64,000 nt of DNA, from NCBI GenBank assembly GCA_034409565.1, contig DAOUMS010000015.1, forward strand, positions 23,227 to 87,226, given 5' to 3'. The stretch comes from Dehalococcoidales bacterium (GTDB lineage: Bacteria; Chloroflexota; Dehalococcoidia; Dehalococcoidales; RBG-16-60-22). Shown one piece after another: positions 9,832-18,629 of this stretch. Made by a program: the position numbers and the translations under genes. Each line of letters begins with the position of its first letter. Position 1 is the stretch's first letter. Under the pieces are notes generated by a model, which worked only from the letters and a program-made list of their open reading frames with translations, was not told where the DNA came from and did not search any database.

Positions 9832-10863
9832 ATGAAAGCACTGGTGAAAACAAGCGAAGCTATCGGATACGAGTACAAGGATGTTGATATGCCCAAAATC
9901 GGGCCTAAGGATGTCCTGGTCAAAATTAAGGGCACCACCATCTGTGGCAGTGATATCCACATCTATCATTCATCACCCAATATCATGAAAATGATGCAGT
10001 TACCCATGGTTACCGGCCATGAAACGTGTGGCGATGTGGTGGAAGTGGGCGAATGCGTGACCAGCCTCAAGAAAGGCGACGTGGTTTCTGCAGAGCCGCA
10101 CATTTTCTGCGGGGAATGCTACTACTGCCAGAACAGCGCGGCACTCAACTGTCTGAATATGGGCCTCCTCGGCCATACCATCGGCGGCGCCTTTGCCGAG
10201 TATATGGCCGTGCCGGCCCACGTCTGCTGGAAACACCCGCCAGGCACCTCTTACGAACTCGGCGCCATTCATGAGCCGCTTGGCGTGGGCGTACACGGCG
10301 TAATGGCCGGGGAAATCAACGGCAAAAGCATGGCTGTTTTTGGCTGCGGACCCATCGGCATGTTTGCCATCGGCGCCGGCAGGGTATTCGGGGCGACCAA
10401 ACTTTTTGGCGTTGAAGTGGCGCCGAAAAGGGTGGCTATGGCACGCCAGCTCTTCCCTGACGCCACCATCATTAACCCCAAAGAGCAGGACCCGGTCAAG
10501 ACCATCATGGACGCCACCGATGGCCTTGGCGTGGAAGTATCCATTGAGCTCAGCGGCAGTGCCGAAGCCACCAGGCTGGCCTTCCAGGCGCTGAGGCGCG
10601 AGGGCAGGGTAAGCCTAGTCGGTGTGCCCCCCAGAGCCATGGAATTTGACTTCCACCCCAATATCATACTCAAGGAAGCCAGAGTGCTGGGTGTGTTCGG
10701 CCGTGTCGTCTGGCAGACCTGGTGGCAGGTTCGAGCCCTGCTGGACACGGGCAAGTTCGACCCGCTGCCGATTATAACCCACCGCTTCCCGCTAGCAGAA
10801 TTTGAGAAAGCTTTCCAGCTGGCCCAGAGCGGTGAGGCAGGGAAGATACTGTTAATCCCCTGA
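9832..10863 (+). CDS. Zinc-dependent alcohol dehydrogenase, threonine dehydrogenase (Tdh)-like
   Basis: ICGSDIHIY, GHETCG, structural Zn site CGECYYC...C, GCGPIG. No kbl nearby, so the substrate is unassigned. Confidence 0.85.
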   Translation: MKALVKTSEAIGYEYKDVDMPKIGPKDVLVKIKGTTICGSDIHIYHSSPNIMKMMQLPMVTGHETCGDVVEVGECVTSLKKGDVVSAEPHIFCGECYYCQNSAALNCLNMGLLGHTIGGAFAEYMAVPAHVCWKHPPGTSYELGAIHEPLGVGVHGVMAGEINGKSMAVFGCGPIGMFAIGAGRVFGATKLFGVEVAPKRVAMARQLFPDATIINPKEQDPVKTIMDATDGLGVEVSIELSGSAEATRLAFQALRREGRVSLVGVPPRAMEFDFHPNIILKEARVLGVFGRVVWQTWWQVRALLDTGKFDPLPIITHRFPLAEFEKAFQLAQSGEAGKILLIP

Positions 10864-10930
10864 TAGAAGGGCACATACACCTTTGGTAGCAAGATAACCT
10901 TCCCTCACGCGGTCCGGAGGTAAGTGAGCT

Positions 10931-11749
10931 ATGGGAGAACGTCTGAAAGACAAAGTAGCCATCATCATCGGGGCTGGTGCCATCGGTCCAGGCATGGGCA
11001 ACGGCAAGGCAACCGCTATCGTCTTTGCCCGGGAAGGCGCCAAAATCATGGCCGTTGACATCAACCGTGAAGCCGCCGAGGAGACCAAGGGCATCATAGA
11101 ACAGGAAGGCGGCGAGTGCGTCACCTTCCAGGCCGATGTTGCCAAAGCCAGCGACTGCCAGAAGATAGTGGAGGCGTGCCTCCAGTCGTACGGTCGACTC
11201 GATATCCTTGATAACAACGTGGCTTTGGGGTCGCACGGCGGTCCAGTGGAAATTAGCGAGGAGACCTGGGACCGGGTGATGAACGTGAATCTGAAGAGTA
11301 TGTTTCTCACCTGCAAGCACGCCCTTCCCCATATGGAGAAGCAGGGCAGCGGCGCCATCATCAATATCGCCTCCATCGTCGCGATACGGGCGGAACCTTC
11401 GCCTATGCTAGCCTACGCCGTCTCCAAAGCAGGCGTGATTGCCCTGACCCGCGAGGTAGCTATTCAGTACGCCAGTAAAGGCATCCGTTGCAACGCCGTA
11501 CTGCCCGGGCTGATGAAAACGCCGCGGATTGAACGCTACTATGCCGGTGTCTTTGGCAGCGATATTGAGCAAACCTGGCGGCGGCGGGACGCCATGTCCC
11601 CCACCGGCAAGCAGGGAGAGCCCTGGGACATTGCCTACGCGGCACTGTTTCTGGCCTCCGATGATTCGAAGTACATCACCGGAACCACGCTGGTAGTGGA
11701 CGGCGGCATGGTCGGGACGATGAGGACCTGGTCACCGGAAGTGAAATAA
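10931..11749 (+). CDS. SDR family oxidoreductase (paralog 1 of 3)
   Basis: GAGAIGPGMGNGKA, VDIN, YAVSK catalytic motif, PGLMKTP. Confidence 0.88.
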   Translation: MGERLKDKVAIIIGAGAIGPGMGNGKATAIVFAREGAKIMAVDINREAAEETKGIIEQEGGECVTFQADVAKASDCQKIVEACLQSYGRLDILDNNVALGSHGGPVEISEETWDRVMNVNLKSMFLTCKHALPHMEKQGSGAIINIASIVAIRAEPSPMLAYAVSKAGVIALTREVAIQYASKGIRCNAVLPGLMKTPRIERYYAGVFGSDIEQTWRRRDAMSPTGKQGEPWDIAYAALFLASDDSKYITGTTLVVDGGMVGTMRTWSPEVK

Positions 11750-11780
11750 ATATTTATCTAAGATAGAAAAGGAGAGGAAG

Positions 11781-12602
11781 ATGGGAGAACGACTTAAAGA
11801 CAGGGTGGCCATCATTACTGGTGCCGGCTCAATCATGGCCGGGACGGGCAACGGCAAGGCAACCGCTATCATCTTTGCCCGGGAAGGCGCCAAAATCATG
11901 GCCGTTGACTATAAGCTTGAAGCCGCCGAGGAAACCAGACGCATCATCGAACAGGAAGGTGGCACTTGCCTTCCCTTCTACGCCGATGTTTCCAGAGCCA
12001 GCGACTGCCAGAAGATGGTCGAGACCTGCGTCGAGAAGTTCGGCCGGGTTGACATCCTGCACAATAACGTGGGGATGGGCGGCTATGCCGGCCCGGTAGA
12101 GCTGGCGGAGGAAATCTGGGACAAGACCATGGCCGTCAACCTGAAAAGCATGTTCCTTACCTGTAAATATGTTCTGCCCTATATGGAAAAACAGGGTAAA
12201 GGCGTCATTGTCAATATCGCCTCACTCAGCGGCATCAGGTGTCAGCCGGCACCGTCGCTGGCTTACTCAGTGAGCAAGGCCGGGGTAATTGCCCTCACCC
12301 GGGAAGTGGCCATTCAGTATGCCGCCAAGGGCATCCGCTGCAATGCCATTCTGCCCGGGCTGATGAAGACCCCGATGGTCGAGTACTACAACCCTGATGC
12401 CTACGGCGACGGTAGCGTGGAACTGATGTGGCAGCGGCGTGATGCCATGTGCCCCACCGGCAAGCAGGGCGAATCGTGGGATGTGGCTTACGCTGCCCTC
12501 TTCCTCGCTTCCGATGATTCAAAGTACACCACCGGGACGACCTTGCTGGTTGACGGGGGCCTTGCCCAGACCATGCGGTCGTGGTCGCCGGAAAAGAAAT
12601 AG
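11781..12602 (+). CDS. SDR family oxidoreductase (paralog 2 of 3)
   Basis: TGAGSIMAGTGNGKA, HNNVG, YSVSK. Confidence 0.88.
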   Translation: MGERLKDRVAIITGAGSIMAGTGNGKATAIIFAREGAKIMAVDYKLEAAEETRRIIEQEGGTCLPFYADVSRASDCQKMVETCVEKFGRVDILHNNVGMGGYAGPVELAEEIWDKTMAVNLKSMFLTCKYVLPYMEKQGKGVIVNIASLSGIRCQPAPSLAYSVSKAGVIALTREVAIQYAAKGIRCNAILPGLMKTPMVEYYNPDAYGDGSVELMWQRRDAMCPTGKQGESWDVAYAALFLASDDSKYTTGTTLLVDGGLAQTMRSWSPEKK

Positions 12603-12632
12603 TGAATGAGAAATGAGATAGGAGGACTAAAA

Positions 12633-13436
12633 ATGGGAGATAGACTGAAAGGCAAAGTGGCCATTGTTACCGGAGCCGGTTCTGTCCTTCCCGGCATGGG
12701 CAACGGCAAAGCAACGGCCATCGTCTTCGCCCGGGAAGGTGCCCGGGTCATGGCCGTTGACTATAACCTGGAGGCCGCCGAGGAAACCAAGAAAATGATT
12801 GACCAGGAAGGCGGCGAGTGCGTCACCTTCCAGGCCGATGTTTCCAGAGCCAGCGACTGCCAGAAGATGTTCGAGGCCTGCATCAAGAAGTTCGGCCGGA
12901 TTGATATCCTGCACAACAATGTGGGTATCGGGCAGTGGGGCGGTGTCCTCGATACCACAGAAGAGACCTGGGACAAGGTGATGACGGTGAACGTGAAGAG
13001 CATGTTCCTCACCTGCAAATACGTCATCCCCTATATGTTGAAGCAGGGAGGGGGTTCCATCACCAATATCGCCTCGGTGGGGGGCATACGTTTCACCCTG
13101 CCCAACTGCGCCTACGCAACGTCAAAGTCAGCCATTTTTGGCCTTGCCAGAGACATCGCGCTTGAGTTCGCCAACAAGGGCATCCGCTGCAACACCATAC
13201 TACCCGGGCTGATGAAGACACCGCAGGCCCAGTACTACAACAAGGACGCCTGGGCGGGGGGCGATGTGGAAGAAATGTGGCGCCGCCGTGACGCCATGTG
13301 CCCCATGGGCCGGCAGGGTGAAGGCTGGGACGTGGCCAACGCCGCCCTTTTCCTGAACTCTGACGAGGCGAAGTACGTCACCGGGACCACCGTGCTGGTT
13401 GACGGAGGTATCTCGCAGACCATCCGGTCATGGTAA
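12633..13436 (+). CDS. SDR family oxidoreductase (paralog 3 of 3)
   Basis: TGAGSVLPGMGNGKA, HNNVG, YATSK. Start placed at MGDRLK (ATG 12633, RBS AGGAGG) by analogy with the two paralogs. Confidence 0.88.
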   Translation: MGDRLKGKVAIVTGAGSVLPGMGNGKATAIVFAREGARVMAVDYNLEAAEETKKMIDQEGGECVTFQADVSRASDCQKMFEACIKKFGRIDILHNNVGIGQWGGVLDTTEETWDKVMTVNVKSMFLTCKYVIPYMLKQGGGSITNIASVGGIRFTLPNCAYATSKSAIFGLARDIALEFANKGIRCNTILPGLMKTPQAQYYNKDAWAGGDVEEMWRRRDAMCPMGRQGEGWDVANAALFLNSDEAKYVTGTTVLVDGGISQTIRSW

Positions 13437-13565
13437 CGAATTTCACTTTTTGGAAATGGGTATTATATAATAATAAGGGCTGATTAAAACGTGTTGATGC
13501 TCAAACCATCGCTTCATTTCGTGCTTCTCGGTGTTTAATCCCAGTTTCAGTGGAGGAGATAACTT

Positions 13566-14525
13566 ATGGCTATTGCAAAGGAAAAGTTAATCTGGATTTT
13601 TCGCACCATGACCCGCATCAGACGGTTCGAGGAACATGTTGCCCGGGAGTTTGCTGACGGCAATATCCCCGGCAGCGTTCACCTCTACATCGGCGAGGAG
13701 GCGGTGGCGACGGGGGCAATTGCCCACCTGAAGAAAGAGGACTACATCATGAGTACTCACCGCGGACACGGGCACCTTATCGCCAAGGGCGGCGAAACCA
13801 AGAAGATGATGGCGGAACTCTTTGCCAAGAAAACCGGCTACTGCCTGGGCAAAGGAGGCTCCATGCACATCGCCGACCTGGATATCGGCATGCTGGGCGC
13901 CGCCGGTATCGTCGGCTCGGGAATCCCCATTGCCTCCGGCGCCGGACTTTCCGCCAAACTGAGGGGCACTGACCAGGTCACCATCTGCTTCTTCGGCGAC
14001 GGCGCCTCCAACATCGGCCGCTTCCACGAGGGCGTAAACCTGGCCTCCGTCTGGTCGCTACCGGTGGTCTTCATCTGCGAGAATAACCTCTGGGCAGTTT
14101 CCGTGCCCACCAGCACTTCGCTGAATGTAGCTAACGTGGCCGACCGGGCTGCCGGCTATGGAATCCCAGGGGTGGTGGTTGACGGCATGGATGTTACGGC
14201 GGTCTATGAGGCGGCCGGGGAGGCGGTAACCAGGGCCAGAAACGGAAAGGGACCGACCCTGATTGAGGCCAAGACATACCGCTACCGCGGCCACTTTGAG
14301 GGTGATTCCGGTACCTACCGCCCCAAAGAAGAGATTGAACAGTGGCTGCAGAGAGACCCCATCAAAAACTACAGGGAAAAGCTTACTGAGATGAAGGTGC
14401 TGACCGAAAAGCAAGCTGAAGATATTGATAAAGAAGCGCTTGCCGAAATGGATGAGGCGATGAAGTTCGCCCAGGAAAGCCCCTTCCCTGAGCCAGAAGA
14501 GGCTCTGGAAAACGTTTATACGTAG
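13566..14525 (+). CDS. ThDP-dependent dehydrogenase E1 alpha subunit (acetoin/pyruvate dehydrogenase family)
   Basis: HLYIGEEA, STHRGHGH, GKGGSMH, GDGA...ENN ThDP motif, YRYRGHFEGD. Confidence 0.9.
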   Translation: MAIAKEKLIWIFRTMTRIRRFEEHVAREFADGNIPGSVHLYIGEEAVATGAIAHLKKEDYIMSTHRGHGHLIAKGGETKKMMAELFAKKTGYCLGKGGSMHIADLDIGMLGAAGIVGSGIPIASGAGLSAKLRGTDQVTICFFGDGASNIGRFHEGVNLASVWSLPVVFICENNLWAVSVPTSTSLNVANVADRAAGYGIPGVVVDGMDVTAVYEAAGEAVTRARNGKGPTLIEAKTYRYRGHFEGDSGTYRPKEEIEQWLQRDPIKNYREKLTEMKVLTEKQAEDIDKEALAEMDEAMKFAQESPFPEPEEALENVYT

Positions 14526-14534
14526 GAGACAGGA

Positions 14535-15515
14535 ATGAGAGAGATAAATTTCCGACAGGCGATTGGCGAAGCCCTGGACGAAGAAATGGCCAGAGACCCC
14601 TCTGTGTTCATCATCGGTGAAGACGTGGGGCCAATGGGCGGCCTTATGGGTGAAATCGGCGGCCTGTATCAGAAATACGGCATAGACCGGGTCCGGGATA
14701 CTCCCCTTTCCGAGGCGGCTATCCTCGGCGCTGCCATCGGTTCCGCCATCACCGGGATGAGGCCGATTGCCAGGATGAGGTTCGCTGACTTTCTGGGGGT
14801 GGCCTGGGATGAAATCATGAACCAGATGACCAAGATGAAGTACATGTTTGGCGGCAAAATCAAGATGCCCCTGACCATGGACGCCCTCTGCGGCGCCGGC
14901 CGACGTTCCGCCGCCCAGCACTCCCAGAGCATCGAAGGCATGATGATGACCATCCCGGGACTGAAGATTGTCCTGCCCTCCAATGCCTATGACGCCAAGG
15001 GGCTGCTCAAGACCGCCATCAGGGATGATAACCCAGTTATGTTCTTCGAGCACAAGTTCCTGATGTGGGCCGGACCCAAAAGCGAGGTGCCGGATGAGGA
15101 ATACCTCATCCCCTTCGGTCAGGCAGATATCAAGCGGGAAGGCAGCGATGTTACCGTGGTCGCCACGGCCGCCATGGTAACCAAAGCGCTGAATGCCGCG
15201 GAAACACTGCAGAAAGAAAAGGGCGTCAGCCTGGAATTAATCGACCCTCGCACCATCGTCCCCTTCGATAAAGAGACGGTGCTGAAATCGGTGCAGAAGA
15301 CGGGTCGTCTGGTTGTCTTTACCGAGGAGTGCCGGACGGGCAGTTTTGCCGGCTACATGGCGGCAATCGTGGCCGATGAAGGCTTCGATTATCTTGATGC
15401 CCCGATTAAACGGGTTAACGCGCCGGATACACCGGTGCCGTACGGGGTAATCATGGAAGACTTCTGGATTCCCAATGAAGAAAAACTGATCAAGGCCATA
15501 AACGAGATACTGTAA
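14535..15515 (+). CDS. ThDP-dependent dehydrogenase E1 beta subunit
   Basis: GEDVG, DTPLSEAA, AAQHSQS, PSNAYDAKGLL, FFEHK, DAPIKRV. Confidence 0.9.
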   Translation: MREINFRQAIGEALDEEMARDPSVFIIGEDVGPMGGLMGEIGGLYQKYGIDRVRDTPLSEAAILGAAIGSAITGMRPIARMRFADFLGVAWDEIMNQMTKMKYMFGGKIKMPLTMDALCGAGRRSAAQHSQSIEGMMMTIPGLKIVLPSNAYDAKGLLKTAIRDDNPVMFFEHKFLMWAGPKSEVPDEEYLIPFGQADIKREGSDVTVVATAAMVTKALNAAETLQKEKGVSLELIDPRTIVPFDKETVLKSVQKTGRLVVFTEECRTGSFAGYMAAIVADEGFDYLDAPIKRVNAPDTPVPYGVIMEDFWIPNEEKLIKAINEIL

Positions 15516-15581
15516 TTGCTATCCTGATTGCAGCGCGGTTCATATTCACAGTATCTTTTTACGGTTGAATTGAGCGCTATG

Positions 15582-15626
15582 AAAGGGGAAGGAATCAGCA
15601 AATAATTGTTGTCACCTTCCCTTTTT
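15582..15626 (+). terminator. Probable terminator after the E1 beta gene
   Basis: AAAGGGGAAGG ... CCTTCCCTTTTT, with inner pairing CAGCAA/TTGTTG. Confidence 0.5.
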
Positions 15627-15709
15627 GCTTTGAATGGGAAAAACGGTTTGCGCTAATGGCGCCATCCGTATAATATATTATCTAGCAAGCTACAGGAGGT
15701 ATTTAAGCT

Positions 15710-16555
15710 ATGGCCCACGATGCAAAGTTGATTCAGAAGCTGGCCGAAAAAGCCAGGATTATCCGCCGGGGCGCGGTGGAAATGATTAAAGCCGGCGATT
15801 CAGGGTGGATAGGTGGCTCATTTTCACAGGCGGATATCATCGCCGCGCTGATGTTCCACCACATGAAGCACGACCCCAAAAACCCGGACCTGAAGGACAG
15901 GGACCGGCTCATCGTCTCCAAGGCTCACTGCTGTGAGACGGTCTATGCCGCCCTCGGGGAATCGGGTTACTTCCCGAAGGAACTGTACCAGTCCTATGGC
16001 AAAATGGGGGCCACCCTGCAGGCGCATACGGAGCGGATTGTGCCGGGCATTGAATATTCTGGTGGCTCGCTGGGCGAGGGACTGTCCTTTGCCCTGGGTG
16101 AAGCGCTGGCGGCCCGCATTGATGCCCCCAAAGACTCGTCCGGTCGCCCTGCCCCCCGCTACCGTGTTTTCTGCATTATCGGCGATGGAGAGAGCAATGA
16201 AGGGCAGGTATGGGAAGCAGTCATGGCAGCGAAACACTACCAGGTGGACAACCTCGTGGCTATCCTTGACCATAACAAGTTCCAGTCCAGCGGCACGGTC
16301 GAAGAAAGGATGAACATGATGCCGTGGGTGAACAAATGGAAGGCCTTCGACTGGGATGCCACCGAGATTGATGGCCATGACTTCGAGGCTATCCTTACCG
16401 CCCTGGAAAATGCGGATAAGGTCGAGGGCAAGCCACACATCATCATCGCCCACACCACCAAGTGCAAGGGAGTGCCCTCTTTCGAGCACAAGAACCTGCA
16501 CTTCTGCAAACTGTCCGATGAAATGTACGCCGAGGCGATGGAGGCACTCAAATAG
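15710..16555 (+). CDS. Split transketolase-like protein, N-terminal (ThDP-binding) subunit
   Basis: DRDRLIVSKAH, GSLGEGLS, GDGESNEGQVWEA...DHN. Confidence 0.88.
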   Translation: MAHDAKLIQKLAEKARIIRRGAVEMIKAGDSGWIGGSFSQADIIAALMFHHMKHDPKNPDLKDRDRLIVSKAHCCETVYAALGESGYFPKELYQSYGKMGATLQAHTERIVPGIEYSGGSLGEGLSFALGEALAARIDAPKDSSGRPAPRYRVFCIIGDGESNEGQVWEAVMAAKHYQVDNLVAILDHNKFQSSGTVEERMNMMPWVNKWKAFDWDATEIDGHDFEAILTALENADKVEGKPHIIIAHTTKCKGVPSFEHKNLHFCKLSDEMYAEAMEALK

Positions 16556-16598
16556 TTAGCCTCGCGCCGATAATAAAAAGACCACAAGGGAGCGAAAG

Positions 16599-17564
16599 AT
16601 GAAACAGGATTATGTGCTGGAACCACTTGGTGAAATGAAGACCATGTACCAGGCCTACCATGAGGAAATGGTAGAGCTGTCCAAGAAAAACGGCAAGATA
16701 GTGCTCCTGTACGGCGACTTCCCCCGCGGTGCCGCTGGTGAACTGTTCCAGAAAGAGCACCCCGACCGTATCTATGACATGGGCATCGCCGAGGCAAACC
16801 TCATCACCACCGCCGCTGGCCTGGCGGGAGGCGGTTACCTGCCGTTCACTCACTGCCACAGCATCTTTGCCGTTGGCCGGGCGTATAACCAGATACGGCA
16901 GAACGTGGCCTTTGATAAATTAAATGTCAAGTTAGTCCTCTGCAACTCAGGTATGCTCTGGCCTTTTATGGGCGGTTCGCACCAGATTATTGAGGAAATC
17001 GCCGCCATGCGCGTTCTCCCCAATTTGGTGCTTGTTTCCCCCTCCGACCCCGTAGCAACGAAGAAAATGACCCGCGCCATCGCCGAGCATGTCGGCCCGG
17101 TAGCCCTGCGTATTTCCTTCCCACCCGTGCCCACCGTGTACCGTGATGACTTCCCGTTCACCCTGGGAAAGGCGGTGACACTGACCGATGGCAGCGACGC
17201 CACCATTATTTCCACCGGCATGATGCTCTCCGACGCCCTAGAAGCGGTTGACGCGCTGGCGAAAGAAGGCATCAAGGTACGCCTGCTGGATATGCACACG
17301 CTGAAGCCGCTTGATGCCGAGGCAATAATCAAGGCCGCCAGAGAGACTGGCGCCATCGTCACCGTGGAAGACAGCAGCATCCTTGGTGGCCTGGGCGGGG
17401 CGGTGACCGAGGTCGTGGCCGAGAATACGCCGGTCCCTGTGAAGCGGGTCGGCATCAAAGACCGCTTCGGCCAGTCAGGCACCGTACCGGAGCTGAAAGA
17501 AGAATATGAGATATCCGCCCGGCATATCGCCCAGGCGGTCAGGGAAGCGGTCAAGAAGAAATAG
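16599..17564 (+). CDS. Split transketolase-like protein, C-terminal subunit
   Basis: DMGIAEAN, RAYNQIR, SHQ, DMHTLKPLD, GGLGGAV, DRFGQSG. Confidence 0.88.
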   Translation: MKQDYVLEPLGEMKTMYQAYHEEMVELSKKNGKIVLLYGDFPRGAAGELFQKEHPDRIYDMGIAEANLITTAAGLAGGGYLPFTHCHSIFAVGRAYNQIRQNVAFDKLNVKLVLCNSGMLWPFMGGSHQIIEEIAAMRVLPNLVLVSPSDPVATKKMTRAIAEHVGPVALRISFPPVPTVYRDDFPFTLGKAVTLTDGSDATIISTGMMLSDALEAVDALAKEGIKVRLLDMHTLKPLDAEAIIKAARETGAIVTVEDSSILGGLGGAVTEVVAENTPVPVKRVGIKDRFGQSGTVPELKEEYEISARHIAQAVREAVKKK

Positions 17565-17602
17565 ACGGCAGTCCTGCCCCCTGCATCTTTTAAGGAGGAG
17601 GA

Positions 17603-18499
17603 ATGGAAAAACTCGGTTTTATCGGCCTGGGTCATATGGGTAAAGGCATGGCCTTGAACCTGGTCAAATCAGGTTATCCACTGACGGTCCACGACATCAG
17701 GCCCGAGCCTGTTCAGGAACTGGTGAAGGCCGGGGCCAAAGCGGCCGGTAACCCGCGCCAGGTGGCGGAGAATTCAGAGGTGGTCATCACCATGGTGACC
17801 TCATCACCGCACGTGGAGAAGATTATGTTCGGCCCTGATGGCGTTATCGCCGGGCTGAAAAAAGGCAACACCATCATTGACATGAGCACCATTGACCCGA
17901 TAGTGACCCGCAAGGTGGCGGCCGCCGCCGCCGAGAAGGGAATCGATATGCTGGATGCCCCGGTGAGCGGTGCTCCACCCAAAGCCGCCGATGGCACCCT
18001 CTCCATAATGGTGGGAGGGGAAAAAGAAGTCTTTGCCCGGTGCCGGCCAATCCTTGAGGTCATGGGGGAGAAAATAATTCACGCTGGCGATACCGGCATG
18101 GGAGAGGTGGTCAAGCTGGCCAACAACCTGGCCGCGGCTATCAACGGCGTCGGCGTTTTTGAGGCATTCCTGTTCGGCGTCAAGCTCGGTGCCGACCCCA
18201 AGGTCCTCTACGAGGTCATCAGCGCCAGTTCCGGAGCTAGCTGGGTACTGCACACCAGGGTACCCTACCCCAACGTTGTCCCCCAGAGCCCGGTAAACGA
18301 AGACTTTGCCCCCGGCTTTACCGCCGACCTGATGGCCAAAGACCTCGGCCTCATACTGTCTGCGGCCGAGGCAACCAAAACCCCACTGCTGACGGGCAGC
18401 CTGGTCAGGCAGCTGGTCGAGAGCGCCAGGGCCAGGGGACTGGGCAGCAAGGACTGGTCAGTAACTGCCAGAATAATACAGGAAATGGCCGGGGAATAA
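17603..18499 (+). CDS. NAD(P)-dependent oxidoreductase, 3-hydroxyisobutyrate dehydrogenase/tartronate semialdehyde reductase family
   Basis: GFIGLGHMG, IIDMST, DAPVSG, catalytic Lys in VKLANN, KDLGL. Confidence 0.88.
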   Translation: MEKLGFIGLGHMGKGMALNLVKSGYPLTVHDIRPEPVQELVKAGAKAAGNPRQVAENSEVVITMVTSSPHVEKIMFGPDGVIAGLKKGNTIIDMSTIDPIVTRKVAAAAAEKGIDMLDAPVSGAPPKAADGTLSIMVGGEKEVFARCRPILEVMGEKIIHAGDTGMGEVVKLANNLAAAINGVGVFEAFLFGVKLGADPKVLYEVISASSGASWVLHTRVPYPNVVPQSPVNEDFAPGFTADLMAKDLGLILSAAEATKTPLLTGSLVRQLVESARARGLGSKDWSVTARIIQEMAGE

Positions 18500-18629
18500 C
18501 TGGAAACCGCACACCCCGGTCAGTCAAGCCATCATAATTGAGAAGGTGAAAACCAGGCCGGATTTCTGGAGTGCTGGCGTCGATGACCGGCGTCAATGAC
18601 AACACAAGACACAGAGCCCCCGTTTCACC

